Shown: positions 40,609 to 53,412, numbered from the stretch's first letter. The stretch is 64,000 bases of DNA from Amoebidium appalachense (GCA_963693365.1 CAVNZM010000004.1:2043449-2107448); one strand, 5' to 3'. Made by a program: numbers and translations. Notes: generated by a model from the letters alone, not told the origin.

Positions 40609-41515
40609 TCATGAAGGGGGGCAGGTGCTGCCGTCCAATAGGAAGGCACGCATTCGCCAAGACCGGACACCGACCGGAAACACCACTTCTTCGGGGGCTA
40701 GGTCCGTGTGGGCCTGTGCCATCCCTTGCACCACCGGCCACCATAAGGCGGTGTCCCACACCGGGACCACTAATATTCCCTGCGCACATTCCCGCTGAAT
40801 CTTCGCCACTGTCCGCTTGATCAACGGAAACGGTGGCGCCCACCAGCTGGGGGGCCCGCCATGCGGCGGCAAGCCCGTCTGTCGTATCCTATTGTGTATT
40901 TACTAGAGACGCGGCACTCTACTAAGGGTACACACACGAAAAGGAACGAACGTGTACGGAAAAACGGTAAAGTTTATTCAGACCAGGCTCCGACGGGCAA
41001 AACTTAGATCCGTACGGAAATTCAATGAGGCTAAGTCACAACTGAGGCCATCAAGGCCGTGCCCTCAAAGATCATCATCACCTGGCCCCCCTACGATGCC
41101 ACATTCCAAACATTCCGATCTACTTTATCGTGCGCCTGCACGAGCTAAGTCGATCTACTCAAACTAATATATTTATCCATATCTCACCCCTCCCCCTCCC
41201 CCTAGTGGCACCGCAGAGTCTAAATCTACATTTCATACTATCCTCCCCCCCCCCCCTCCCTCCCCCCTTTCCTCTACATCGAAATATATAAATACGTTTG
41301 GCAACATACACTATCAAACCTTGCCAATACTTACAAAAGGGCTTCTGCCCGAACAATCACATTCCTAAGTCCTCCTACGATCTATCCTACACACTAATTA
41401 GAATTCTATTGGTCGGCTGCCCCAGCTGACGTGGTCCTGCCCTGCGCCGGCAGAGGCAAGATGCACGCAGCTGTACAGCTATCTTGAGGCCCGGGACTTG
41501 ATCTTGATGATCTGT

Positions 41516-41546
<31 letters not shown>

Positions 41547-43265
41547 GATCTCGATCGTAGACTTAGGCTGATCTGCTGAGACGGATTAGTATATGTCACC
41601 GTCCTGCCCACCGCTCACGGGGACCACCGCGGTCCATGTGTGAAACGTGGGTTTGACTGCTGTCACGGGTGTAGCAAACCGATCCACCGCCGTGTGCAAT
41701 CCGAGTGTCTGCTCGATACGCTCGACCCCCGCAGGGGTAACCGACCACTCGTGGCGGGGATCAATCCGCGACAACCAATCCACACGGTCGTTCACTTCGC
41801 CCGGAATGTATGACAGCTCTTGGGGCCAGGGGAGCCCCTTTTCCAAACACAACTGCAGCAGTTGCCATAGCACTCGCTGCATGGCGGGGCTGCTGCTGCC
41901 CTTTTTGCGCACCGCGCCCAACGCGGCCTGGGCGTCTGACTGCCAGCGTACGCGCTGACGTTGGATTAGGGCCTGCATTTCGGGCCTGCAGTAGGCCTCG
42001 AGTAGGCCCTCGCACTCCGCCACTGCAGCCGCCCGCGGTGCATCGCTCTCCGCCCAACGACCGAAAGCCTCCACAACCTGCGGGGTTGGTAGGCCCAACT
42101 GTAGTACTGCCCCCCACCCGTGTGAGGTGGCAGCATCTGTGATGAGAGTGGCCGTGATAGGCTCAGGCCAGATTTCCGTGCGGGGAAGCCGACCTATTAT
42201 ACCCATGGTTTTACCGATAATGCGTAGCTGCCGACCCGTTAACCGCACAAAGCTACGCCAGTTCCCGCCGCGTAGAGCACCATACACCGGCCGGACAACC
42301 GTGAGTACATGAGGCACCGCCGCACGCAAACTAACAACCAACCGTGACCCTAGCCATCTAGCCACCTGCTTCTTTTCCACCCACCGCCGTCCTTTGCGCG
42401 CCTTAGCCATTAAAGAGCGTGTTTCCCCCGATAATTTTTCCAAAGACGCCAATGTGGGAGACAAATACCCTTCCTCCAAATTTATATGGATGCCTAAATG
42501 GTCGAGGGCACTCACTGGGTCCCAATGAGCCTTATTCGGATGCTTCGTAAGGCCGGTGACTTTCAATTCCTGCTCCACCACCCCGCGTGTGTCGAGTGCC
42601 CGTGCCGCCTGTTCGAAGATGGCCCAGTCATCGAGGAAAACCAACGAACGGATGCCGCGTGCACGTAACCGACGCCGCGCGAACTCGCGCATAAGGCGCA
42701 TGAAAAAGTAGGGACTGAGGGAGTAACCGAAGGGAAGCACCGTGTACTGGAAGAGTTGTCCCCCCACACGAATTTGGAAATACTTGCGGAACCGGGGTTG
42801 AATGGCTAGTGCAAAATATCCGTCTTCGTGGTCGAAACTGAAAGCGTGGTCACCCGGCTGCGCGAGCGCCCGCAAATCGCTGAGGGTTTCGTACTTGATA
42901 CCACGTGCGACGGCGTATTAATTCACAGGACGCATATCAATAATGAGCCGGACGTTTCCGTTGGGCTTCCGCAGCCCAAAAGACTTCGAAACACACCATT
43001 TTGCGCTTTCAGGCACTGTCTCGAGGGCCCCCTTACTCACTAACCGTTCAACTTCCACTGCTGCTTCTGCCTCTGAAACTTCGTCGATATCCAGATAGCC
43101 ACCTGCATCAAAAGGGGCAGGACGCGCACTCTTCCATTCTGGTGTGATGCCGTACTTAATCCAGAACAAAACTTCTTTAGACGCACCCCCACGCTCCCAC
43201 TCATCTACACAGGCACGAACTCTCTGATACAATGGCAGTTGGGATGCATCACTTGCATCTCCCAT
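40609..43265 (-). pseudogene. DIRS-type RT-RNase H-adenine methyltransferase ORF, with one in-frame TAA (42918-42920) and a solo-LTR insertion
   Basis: RLIIDMRPVN, LPFGYSLSP, FLDD; RNase H TDAA..GWGA, WQSD, YIPGEVNDRVDWLSR. MT DRFA...QDGLAAAW...WWAPPFPLI is restored in frame when 40880-41603 is removed. Confidence 0.9.
40880..41598. mobile_element. Solo LTR (719 bp) of an unidentified LTR retrotransposon
   Basis: TG...CA ends (TGTCGTAT / ATATGTCA), 5-bp TSD CCGTC (40875-40879, 41599-41603). Confidence 0.88.
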
Positions 43266-44952
43266 CCTGCCTTCGAAGAAATTGAGACACTACACCTGTC
43301 TGCAGCACTACGCGCGCTTGCAAACAGTTTATCTACAACACTACGCGCTCTCGTAGAACCTAACTAGAAAGGGCCGCAGCCCAGTTGCCCTCAGGCCGTG
43401 GGTGCAGCTCACCCCTACGCAAATAGCTATCTATTTAGATATACCCACCACTGCTAATTACGCTCCACAACTGCTACCCGGGCGCCACGCTGCCCTACCG
43501 AGCTAAGCCGAGCCTCCTGCCGTCTGTCGGCCCTCTACAGCTAAGTAGGGGCCGACGGGGAAACAAAGCTAAGACGAGTAGAACGAGTCGCCGCCTATAT
43601 ACCATAGTCGGCTCCCTAGTGGCCACTGATTGTTGGAACCCGATTCCAACCAATCAGTTGGCCTAAATACATCTCTAAATAGAGCTTGATGAATCAAGCG
43701 AAGTATTTGGTCATTTGAACTTCCGGTGAATTGATCATTTATTTGGTAATTTTGGTTTAATTATAATGAATTGTCGAATTGTACTTTTGAAATGGTAATT
43801 TGACCATTTATAACGGTGAAATATGAATTGTCCAAATTGTTCTTTGAAAGTGAAGATTTGGTGATCTGAAAGGGTATATTTTGGTCATTAGATAGGGTGT
43901 CGAATTGTTCATTTAAACAGGTAGTTTGGTCATTTGAACATTAATTTGATGAATTAATCATTTGATCCCATTGTTTGGTCATTTGAACATTTGAACCGGT
44001 GAGTAAGGGGAATGTGCAGGGCAGTAAATGGTTCTCTAAACTGACGGATTTGTCGACATCGATCGCGAATCGCATATTGTTCGATAGGATACACAATGGC
44101 AATTATTACAAAGCTGCGATCGTTTTTTGAATATCTAACAAATGTATCCAAAGACCTATTGATATACCGAATTCGGCATTCGGACCATTGATTTGCTCAC
44201 TTCAGGCTTGGATATCATGCTGTACCGTACACATGTCTGGTTCTGGTCATGGGACCGTATTATGTTCATGATTCATTTCCAAATTGCATAATTGAACTGA
44301 ATAATGCAGGTTGATAATCAGGCCGTGCACGTGACCACGTTCTCGGCGACCCAGAATATTAATATTACACATATGTAAAATGTATGCATACTCATGCAGG
44401 TAAATATTAAATATATGCCAAGTAGCTTCATGATGCATGGTCTGGCATGGCCTTACATATCACGGATAGAGTACGGTATCGATCCGGCCCGAGCATACAT
44501 CATCATGATGATAGGTCTGTGCCACCCCGGTCAACGCGTACGGGATGAATATGTGTGCGTGAAAAATACATGCCGCCGCAGGGTTGGGAAAAGTCAGTGA
44601 CCCCCCAGCAGTATGTAGCAGCTCGGTCTTCTGTTCACCATCATTATGCACTTGCGCATGCTACACTAAAATATGGCTGCACGTCTGCGCGCAAGCTTGC
44701 GAAATCTTTCAAAGTCATGTCATGACAGGCCTGAGAGTCTTCCAAGCCACTAATATGGTTTTTATGATGATTAAACTAAGTATACATGGACCAGATACAT
44801 GGAACACAGTAGACATTTTGGATTTTGTCCTGGTGCAGAGACTAGCGATCTTGCTAGCCTTGAGATCACAACCTAACCACTGCCGATGGTTGTGATGACG
44901 CCAGTAATGGCGTGCTGGCTTTTACCCCAGCGAGAAGAGGATGAGAAAAAGA

Positions 44953-45025
44953 TGATCCCGACGGGATTTGAACCCGCGACCCCTCTATCTCCGGTCGAGT
45001 GCTCTACCGACTGAGCTACGAGATC
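44953..45025 (-). tRNA. tRNA-like sequence, nominal anticodon GGA, probably pseudo-tRNA or SINE-type head
   Basis: Cloverleaf: acceptor GATCTCG/CGGGATC, D arm GCTC/GAGC, T arm GCGGG-TTCAAAT-CCCGT, followed by TTTTT. It has C at position 33, an anticodon-stem mismatch and a short variable loop. Confidence 0.7.
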
Positions 45026-45322
45026 GGTTAAGATCTCGCAGGCCACCAGCCGATCATGATCTGATTCATGCGATCGGACTGGATAACGATACCATCTTCC
45101 AACATCCCCACTCAGGACGAATCGCAGAATCAGGTTAGGGTGGACTGCCCCCTCAGTCCCCACTGAATCTCTGTTCATGCTACCATTTTGGATTTTGTCC
45201 TGGTGCAGAGACTAGCGATCTTGCTAGCCTTGAGATCACAACCTAACCACTGCCGATGGTTGTGATGACGCTAGTAAAGGCGTGCTGGCTTTTACCCCAG
45301 CGAGAAGAGAATGAGAAAAAGA

Positions 45323-45395
45323 TGATCCCGACGGGATTTGAACCCGCGACCCCTCTATCTCCGGTCGAGTGCTCTACCGACTGAGCTACGAGATC
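45323..45395 (-). tRNA. Second identical tRNA-like copy
   Basis: Same 73 nt, 370 bp downstream. Confidence 0.7.
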
Positions 45396-45534
45396 GGTTA
45401 AGATCTCGGAGGCCACCAGCCGATCATGATCTGATTCATGCGATCGGACTGGATAACGATACCATCTTCCAACAGACACCAAGTTTGTGCGCATCGTTCG
45501 ATTCGTTGTGCTGTTACGCGTTACATGTGCATGC

Positions 45535-45732
45535 GGGGGTTTACGCTGTTTACTCGAGGCAAAGAGAACCAGTCTCAGGTATGGGGGGGGGGGGGTTTTG
45601 CTCGGAATATCCCCTCAGCGGTATATCATGATCACGTACATAGATGTCGGGTGGTGACTATATATCAGGGTTTACTTTCTCTACGAGACACCATAAAGAC
45701 TACAAGGAGAAATCAATTAGTTGGGGTTCCCC

Positions 45733-45799
<67 letters not shown>

Positions 45800-45831
45800 G
45801 GGCTCCCCTCGGGACACTCGGTATCAGCTGG

Positions 45832-45900
<69 letters not shown>

Positions 45901-48900
45901 TGCGCTATAATTTTGTAGTGATGTGTTTCTCAAGCCAATCAATACATCTAATAAACAGGTCGTAGTTACGCGTGTTTAGTATAAAATCAAGGATGTTGTA
46001 ATTTACAGGTAGGCTATCTTTCTGGGTGTCTGTTGTGAATGTGACGTGTGTGTGTTGCGGTATTATGTGGTCTATCAAACTACATTTGGCGATACATGAC
46101 CGGTTAAACTGGTGTGTGTGTGTGTTGTTTGGGCATGCAAATGATGCCACCTTATACTTATTAGATCTCCACTGTATAGCACGTGTACAGTAAAAGCGTG
46201 GTAATTGATCAATAATACCATCAGCTAGAGAAAGACCAGTTCTACAGGAAGGTAATATGTATTTAGGTGTTATACACTTGCGAGTGCCATATTTGGCAAT
46301 ATGGTTGAGGCGGTCAGTATATATAAAACGAGACATAAGGCTTAGTTTTTCAAGGTGTATGCTTTCATCGGGTCTAGTGTCGTGTGGTATCTTTTTCCAT
46401 TTGTTATATTGCGTGATTATCTTGTGATTGTGTACATGTTTAATAAGTAAGTGGCAGTCCAAAGTCACACACACACTATTGCGGGGTTTATTTGTATTTG
46501 TGCCCAGGGGAGAAGGGGAGAGAGAGGGGAGGAAAGAGGGGAGAGGTGAGGAGGGGACAGGTCGGATAGAGAAGAGAGGGTGGGAGGGCAAATACTTCTT
46601 TAAGCGGCTTATGTGCTTATTGAATTTCAGCGCGAGATAGGATACTCTAGCAGCTATTGGGACCAGACCATATATCGAGAGCGTTACAGGCCCAGGTTTA
46701 CAACAGTTGTTAGATAGAAAGGAGGCAACTTCTGCTTCAAGGAAATTTGCCAAGGGTTTAAGCGCTCTAGTTCTCTCTTTCTTGATCCAAGCGGCGAGAA
46801 GGGGTAAACCATATTCACATGCCGGGAAGACAAAAGTGCGAATAAATGTAAGTCTAATAGAAGGATGGAGGGGTGTGTCTTTAAAAATATTAGCCGAGAA
46901 GAAAGCTAACCGCTTACGAGCCAACTCTACCCTCTTTTCGACCATATGGGGAAACATAACACCAACAGAATCAACCGGAACACCAAGATATTTGTATTCT
47001 GGAACTATAGGTACAGGTTTAGATGATAATGTAAATGTGTGTAAATTGTTAGCTATATCAGGTACAAGAACACCACATTTGTCTATGTTAAGGATCATAA
47101 GGTTTGCCTTGCACCACTCTGACACTACATCGAACAATCTTTGCAGGCGTCTAGGGGTACGGGCAAGGAGGGACAGATCATCAGCATAGAGAAGTGCAGG
47201 CGGAAAGTTATTAATAGGGTCATCGTTTTCGGCGTAAATCTTGACAGCCAAATCATCTATAAATAGGTTAAACAAAAAGGGGCTAAGCAATGAACCCTGC
47301 AAGAGACCTCTAGTACGAGCAAAACCATATGAAAGATGCCCATTAACCACAGCTCTACCATAGGTTTGAGACAAGAGTGCTTCTAACAGAACACCAATGC
47401 AGTGTGGTACACCCCGTGCAGCAAGCTTTTCCCATAGGAGACCAGGGGAGACAGAATCGTAAGCAGTTTTCCAATCAATAAAGCCAACATATTGTGCACC
47501 AACTTGCATAGAATCGTGCAGTGCCATTATTTGAACATAACATGAATTGTTTTTACGAAAAGCGGATTGGCATGGGTGTATGTGAAGAATAGATTGAAAC
47601 CTAGGGTGATGTGCAAATAACCTAAGTAAGCAAGCTTCAAAGAATCTACGAACAACCTGGGTTAGTGTAATGGGGCGAAAGGATGATATGGGGCCCTCAG
47701 AGTCCTTCTTAACTATGGGGATCACTAAGGTATCTAACCAAGATGACGGGACATGTCCACATTTAACACACCAAGAAAAGAGAGAGCTTAACATGATAGT
47801 AAGATCAGGTTTAATAGCACGATCACTTTCCTTTTGTGGGTAGGAGGGAACAAGGATTTTAAGAAACCCAGCAGGGAGTCCATCAGGTCCACAAGACTTA
47901 CTAGAGCTATAACTAGATATCACAGACCATATGGCATCGGGACTGAAAAAGGGGAGGATCGATTCTATGGGGATAGATGGGTCTACAGGCCACACAATAG
48001 GTTTCTGAGCGGGGGTCCTATCTTTAAACAGTTCCGAGAAATACTTATCAGAGTCTATGAGGGGGTCTCCAGTGGTATCACCAATAATACGAGCAGGGGG
48101 GCCAAATCGATTCATACTAGCAAGCCGGCGCAAGCTTTCCTTTTGAGACAGGGGTTCACCTAGTCTAGCGGGAGTGGTGTTTGGTAACAAGAGAGCATCG
48201 GGATATTCCTTCCTACCACCGCCAGCATAATCACCGAGATCTATCAAATCATCAACAATAAAGTTAGTGCATGTATCTAGTACGAGATGTGAATCTGGCC
48301 TGGCTTGTGCAGATTCTAATAGGCGCATATATATAGGGTGTTTCGTAGCATAGCATACACATACATCAACTCTACCCCACTGTGACTTAAGCTGGGATAG
48401 ACGGAGGCGAAAGGTGGGAGGGGGAGGGGGGAGCAGATCAAGGGAGATCTTAGGTAGGAAAAGGATAGGAGAGTGGTCAGATGACCTAGAGAGGTTAGGA
48501 GGGAGAGAGAGTTTTGACATGGTTGATGGCCAAAAGGCCACTCCCCAGTCGGTGTTGTGGGCATGGGATATTTGAGGGAACCGCAAAGTGTGACTTTGGA
48601 CATACCTTGCTAAAGGGATAGCACGCTCCGGGGGCTTAGATGGGTACCCGACACTCACTTGCAGTGTGTCTGTGTGGTGGAGTCGCGTGTTAAAATCACC
48701 TAAAATAACAGTGGACATTGGTAACTGTGACAACTCGTGAGTCAATTCGACAACCGACATAGATGGTGGGTAATATACAAAAGTAAAAACATTAGAAAGA
48801 AACTCTATAGAAACCGAGAATTCCGTTTTTGCTACCGGTTTGCACTTCACTCTCACGTGTGGTGCGGCAAGTACAATAATGCCTCGGTTTTTCGCGTAAC

Positions 48901-49470
48901 CGGGGTGTGTGGATGTGTCGACCAATGTAGAGTTGAATTTGTGGTGGTTTTTAAACTGTGTTTCGCAAATCACTGTAAACGTGTGGTTGTTTGTCTGTTG
49001 TTGTATGTAGCTGATTTTATCGTCGAGTGTCCCGGGGGGGAGGCCCTTTTGGGGGCCCAGTGTCCGAGCATTCCAGAAGAAGAAGGATAAATTAGGCATC
49101 GGTTTGGTCCGACACCTGTGGGGTTGGTTCCCACTTGTCGCTTACGGGGTCGTATGCACGACCTTCCGCCAGCGCGAACAGTTCGCAGAAGAGCTCGATT
49201 TCCATCTCGCATCGGCGTTTGCGCTCGAGCAGTTTCTCACCAGAAAACATTGGTTCCTTCGTGTCCGTGTCTATCACGCTCGTAGCATCGTTTTCCAACT
49301 TTGCGAGGAACTCTTTTGCCTTGCTGATGCGTACACGACAACGTGTGGCGCACGCATTCTTAGCAGACACTTTACGTTCTTTGTCTGCTTTCTGAATGTT
49401 TTCCGGCGCGCATGGGTCGTAGTTTGGGAGGTGGGTGAAGAAGCTTCCACACCCCTTTGTCGCGTCACGG
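45535..49470 (-). mobile_element. LINE family A copy 2, 5'-truncated within ORF1
   Basis: TSD ATGTGCATGC (45525-45534, 49471-49480). ORF2 protein reads identical to copy 1. Same 3' tail with internal A62 and GTAAACCCCC end. Confidence 0.95.
45905..49099 (-). CDS. LINE ORF2 (APE-RT), intact, 1064 aa
   Basis: Same translation as 15477..18671. Confidence 0.95.
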   Translation of the reverse strand: MPNLSFFFWNARTLGPQKGLPPGTLDDKISYIQQQTNNHTFTVICETQFKNHHKFNSTLVDTSTHPGYAKNRGIIVLAAPHVRVKCKPVAKTEFSVSIEFLSNVFTFVYYPPSMSVVELTHELSQLPMSTVILGDFNTRLHHTDTLQVSVGYPSKPPERAIPLARYVQSHTLRFPQISHAHNTDWGVAFWPSTMSKLSLPPNLSRSSDHSPILFLPKISLDLLPPPPPTFRLRLSQLKSQWGRVDVCVCYATKHPIYMRLLESAQARPDSHLVLDTCTNFIVDDLIDLGDYAGGGRKEYPDALLLPNTTPARLGEPLSQKESLRRLASMNRFGPPARIIGDTTGDPLIDSDKYFSELFKDRTPAQKPIVWPVDPSIPIESILPFFSPDAIWSVISSYSSSKSCGPDGLPAGFLKILVPSYPQKESDRAIKPDLTIMLSSLFSWCVKCGHVPSSWLDTLVIPIVKKDSEGPISSFRPITLTQVVRRFFEACLLRLFAHHPRFQSILHIHPCQSAFRKNNSCYVQIMALHDSMQVGAQYVGFIDWKTAYDSVSPGLLWEKLAARGVPHCIGVLLEALLSQTYGRAVVNGHLSYGFARTRGLLQGSLLSPFLFNLFIDDLAVKIYAENDDPINNFPPALLYADDLSLLARTPRRLQRLFDVVSEWCKANLMILNIDKCGVLVPDIANNLHTFTLSSKPVPIVPEYKYLGVPVDSVGVMFPHMVEKRVELARKRLAFFSANIFKDTPLHPSIRLTFIRTFVFPACEYGLPLLAAWIKKERTRALKPLANFLEAEVASFLSNNCCKPGPVTLSIYGLVPIAARVSYLALKFNKHISRLKKYLPSHPLFSIRPVPSSPLPSFLPSLSPSPLGTNTNKPRNSVCVTLDCHLLIKHVHNHKIITQYNKWKKIPHDTRPDESIHLEKLSLMSRFIYTDRLNHIAKYGTRKCITPKYILPSCRTGLSLADGIIDQLPRFYCTRAIQWRSNKYKVASFACPNNTHTHQFNRSCIAKCSLIDHIIPQHTHVTFTTDTQKDSLPVNYNILDFILNTRNYDLFIRCIDWLEKHITTKL

Positions 49471-49491
49471 ATGTGCATGCACGTACGCATA

Positions 49492-49745
49492 CAGTGTCCG
49501 TCCGCGTGCAAGATTGTCCGCCAACAAGATTCCGTCGACGCCGATTTTGCCAAAATTTTAAGATTACGCCGACGGGCCTGTTTTCAGAACAATCTTAAAT
49601 TTCATTTGGGGTGCAGGTTGTCAGACTCAATCCACGACATAAACTCCCCTAAAACCTGTAATTTCAGCATTTCACTCAATATATATGGCTATTTCCCATT
49701 TCCAGTTGCACCGGGGGGTTCGGCTCAGCTGCCTTTTTTTTTTTT

Positions 49746-49789
<44 letters not shown>

Positions 49790-49843
49790 CGGCCTTTCTC
49801 CTCTCTCCTCTCTCTCTCTCTCTCTTTCTCTCTCTCCCCCCCC

Positions 49844-49888
<45 letters not shown>

Positions 49889-50215
49889 GCTCTCTCTCTC
49901 CTCCCCTCCCCCCCCCTCCCCCCAACCTCCTTCCTCTCTCTCTCTCTCTCTCTCTCTCCCCCCCCCCCCCCCCCCTCCTCCCCCCCCCCCCCCCCCCCAC
50001 TCTCCAAAGAGGGCACACACACAAACGTGCACCACACAGCGAAACGGTCTCTATGTAGCCACTGCTAGCTTGAACCACCAGCATCTTATAAAATATAATT
50101 ACCACGCGTTATCAACTTGATGCACACACCAACTTGAACTTGCATGTGCAATGGTCCCCGAGTCCTCCCCCCCTCTCCCCTCCCCCCTCCCCCCCCCCCC
50201 CCCCCCTAGGCCTCC

Positions 50216-50248
<33 letters not shown>

Positions 50249-50360
50249 CCCCCGACGGGCTAAGATTATGAGGACAGCCAAAACCTAACTTTCTAATTGA
50301 AAAATAAGATTCCGTCCCCACCCCCCAAAAGTGCGGAATCTTCCGCGCGGACGCAAACTG
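49492..50360. mobile_element. Non-autonomous Tc1/mariner (pogo-like) MITE
   Basis: TA on both sides (49490-49491, 50361-50362); imperfect TIRs CAGTGTCCGTCCGCGTGCAAGATT vs CAGTTTGCGTCCGCGCGGAAGATT; low-complexity interior. Confidence 0.7.
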
Positions 50361-52667
50361 TATGACAGCGATCGCGATCGATCAATCTTCGGAAGCGCGG
50401 ACGTGTGCCGCGGATCATCAAACATTGCAGTGCATTTGGTATAAGCATGTTTCTGTCCCAGATATAGAAAATCCCTTCTATACTCCAATAGTATTTGTAC
50501 ATGCAGCAGATACATGGTTGCCATTCTGTTAGTTGTGAACGGTTGGCTTGAGAGCTTGCACACCGTCATGGCCGTCTCCCGGTAGTGCCAGGCAGCCAGG
50601 CACCCCAGAGGCCGGTTACCGGCCGGGTTGTACAGAGTACTCGCTGACAAAATGCGGCCAATCAGGAAAAAGATCGGCTCCAAATACGTCTGTAGATCCC
50701 GTTTGACGATTGGACAGTTATGAAAATATAAATCATTTCGAGCCTATGTAAACAAACAAACGCGCGCTGTCCGGACGGCCCACTACTCAGTCCACTGGGT
50801 ACAAAGGTAGATTCCTTCATGCAAGTGTCTGCCCCTTCATTGAAACCCTAATATCCTTTTCGTGCCCTTTCCCAATTATCAGGTAATAAAAGTGCTGGTA
50901 TAGCGAAGCAACGCGTTACTCTGAGCATTTTTGCGGTAACTAATATTACATAGCTGTTACAGAGCTCCTTCAACTTTCGAATTCACTTCAGGCCGGATTC
51001 AGTACGCATCCACGTAACGGCGCAGTTTTTGATTGATAGCTGGCACGGCGTATATCGTGACTCTGGATCTTGAAGCAACCAATTTAGCTCATTGGCGTAA
51101 CTCACCTTTTACAGTACATGAATATATCCCGTAACGTCGTTTTCTACATGTGTATTTGTTAGGTGGAAGTACTGTTGACCTTGGTGCCGCTCTCTCCCCC
51201 CACATGTACATAGCCCAATTAAGTCTTTCAGCCTTGTTTCAAGTCATGCATTGCCTTAGTCCGCGGTACACACGTGCCAACACTGTACCAGTAGCATGGG
51301 TACTGTACCAGAATCACTTGCCAACCCCCTAAGACCGCAAGAGGCTTTTTGACTTTTTTGACGCCACGGTGCACGCAACCTCAGAAATGTACTTCTTGTG
51401 CAAAAGTGCGTGCACGCACTGCTCACAAGTCACATGCTTGCAAAAGGAGAATTTATTGGATAACCAGTGCTGATATTGATTATATCAATTTATGCCAATC
51501 ATAGCGATAAATTCCAACACCAACCATGGCTCTTGGTATGTGTGGGTATTGTAGCAGCTGCAGCAGTGGTTGTCTTGCCCACTTACAAAACCCTCAACAG
51601 CTCATTTCGTTCACTTTCGTCCTTGCTGGATGTCTCGTTCACATACTGTGTAGTTTTTCTGGCAGACATGTAGAAATACTTATGCTGGCACGTTTTACGA
51701 CCACTATAGCTAATGATCAGACCACATTCACACCTACGGCAAATACTAGGTTAACATATGTGTTAGTTAGAAGGTAACTGATTTCAATGCAAGGTAAACT
51801 CAACATATTAATACATAAACTACCCGGCCCTTAATGGGGCCTTACTGAAAGCTTCGAAAATGGCATGTAGGGCACGCTCGAGCTCGGCTATCTTTCTAAT
51901 GCTCTGGGGTGGTGCCACCTCAGCCAACATATGCAATGTCACAACAACAAGTAGTTCCCTCAAGGTTACGAACTGGGGAGAGCATCAAGCATCCTTGTGT
52001 GCACGTTTTCCTGTATGTATCCCCTTTTGAAATTCGAATTCCTTGTTCCCTGGCAGTCTTAGTGCCGTTGCAGTTTTTTTTCGGCTTTAGGTTTGAGTTA
52101 ATTGCTTCTGGAACGAAAACTGTTGGACACGGCAGTTTAAAACACGGGCAAGGCAATAGTGATGTGCGACTCGAAAATGGAGGGGGGGGGGGGGGGGGGG
52201 GGGGATATACTGCATTGCAATCATTGCCACCTACTCTACAATTGTTTACTCTTTCTGCAATCTATCCTTGAGTCTGTCTCAAATCTAAACGTGAACATAA
52301 TATCGATGTGGTGTTGATCACATTGAGCAAAGCACGGCAACACATGCCTGCAACTGCACAGAATTGAACTAGCTATATATATAGTTTGTTTTACCAGCAG
52401 AAAGCTGGAGTAGTTTTTTTATATATAGCAAACAGTATTAGTGCTTGTTAATTTTACAGTGTAGCAGGCACTGATAGTCCACTCGCCAATAGGTCACTGT
52501 ATGCACGTAGGTTTCCAACCCAAATTCTCCACTATAAGTTCATAAGTCTTATGTGGCACAGCTCAATAAGGTTTCCTTTGCCTTGGCCTCACACGACAAC
52601 TACCCTGTTATAAACCAATTCGTGATATGATACCCCAATTGTATCACGGAAATATACTTGAATTTAG

Positions 52668-53252
52668 AATTCTGACAACCCGCGGCATCACATGCAGGCC
52701 ACATGCTGCAACACAGGTGCCCCACGTGTGTATGCATACAACTTCAACACCACCACCAACACCACCACACGTGCATATCCCAAACCCATAACACACCCTG
52801 CCGAGGCATGCACCGCATCATTCTATCGAGTTGTTTCTGGAAACTTCGATCCGGATGACGTGGATCTTAAGCCAGAAACGCTTCCGTCCGGGTGGAAGAA
52901 GGTTGTGCTCTGGAATCCATATGATATGACGGGGGTTGGTGGGTTTGGGGCTGAGTTGACCAAGGCAATGCAGGTATAGAATCCCTTTATTAAATTTTAT
53001 TCAGTGTGTTATGGGTGGGCAGGGCAAAGGGGGGGAAGTGGTGAGAGGGAGAGACAAAAGCATGAGAGGAGAAGCGTCCGGTGCACACAGCTGCAGTGTA
53101 ACAGTTGCCCTTAGTTGCTGCTCGTGTCAACTACCCCCCCTAAAAACATGTATATCGTCTTCGCCCTGTCGATCACATCCTGCCCCCACTCCCTCTCCTC
53201 CTTCCCCTCCCCTCCCAAAAAAAGAAAAGAAAAGAAAAGAAAAGACACAGAC

Positions 53253-53309
<57 letters not shown>

Positions 53310-53328
53310 GTCACACACACACACAGTG

Positions 53329-53412
<84 letters not shown>

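Larger units (their letters stand above)
39945..43708 (-). mobile_element. Tyrosine-recombinase-class (DIRS/PAT/Ngaro-like) retrotransposon with split direct repeats, lacking gag and recombinase
   Basis: Repeat A (~167 bp) at 43542-43708 and 40345-40511; repeat B TTTAGATATGTTGTTGCT at 40509-40526 and 39945-39962. TTT at both ends, and the flanks rejoin into one host repeat. Confidence 0.88.
44814..45474. repeat. Partial tandem repeat, 370-bp period (1.8 copies), hairpin-rich, each unit carrying a tRNA-like gene
   Basis: CATTTTGGATTTTGTCCTGG at 44814 and 45184; copies near-identical up to CATCTTCCAACA. Confidence 0.92.

Noticed and set aside
42918-42920. Stop-codon reassignment suggested by in-frame stops in element ORFs
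   Set aside because: Intact genes terminate at TAA/TAG, and the same elements carry frameshifts or insertions, so these are decay mutations
44217-44810. Possible MITE with weak inverted ends
   Set aside because: Inverted similarity is too poor and no TSD was found
44891-44915. Hammerhead ribozyme core (TGATGA-stem)
   Set aside because: Preceded by G rather than C and no GAAA follows the stem
44953-45025. Functional tRNA-Ser(GGA)
   Set aside because: No long variable arm, C33 instead of U33, and an anticodon-stem mismatch
45134-45142. Telomerase-template-like ACCCTAACC in the tRNA-like unit
   Set aside because: A 9-mer from a set of permutations is expected by chance in 64 kb, with no other support
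49471-49553. Novel N-terminus of the 153-aa ORF at 49092..49553
   Set aside because: Chance read-through from flank and MITE sequence into the truncated LINE ORF1
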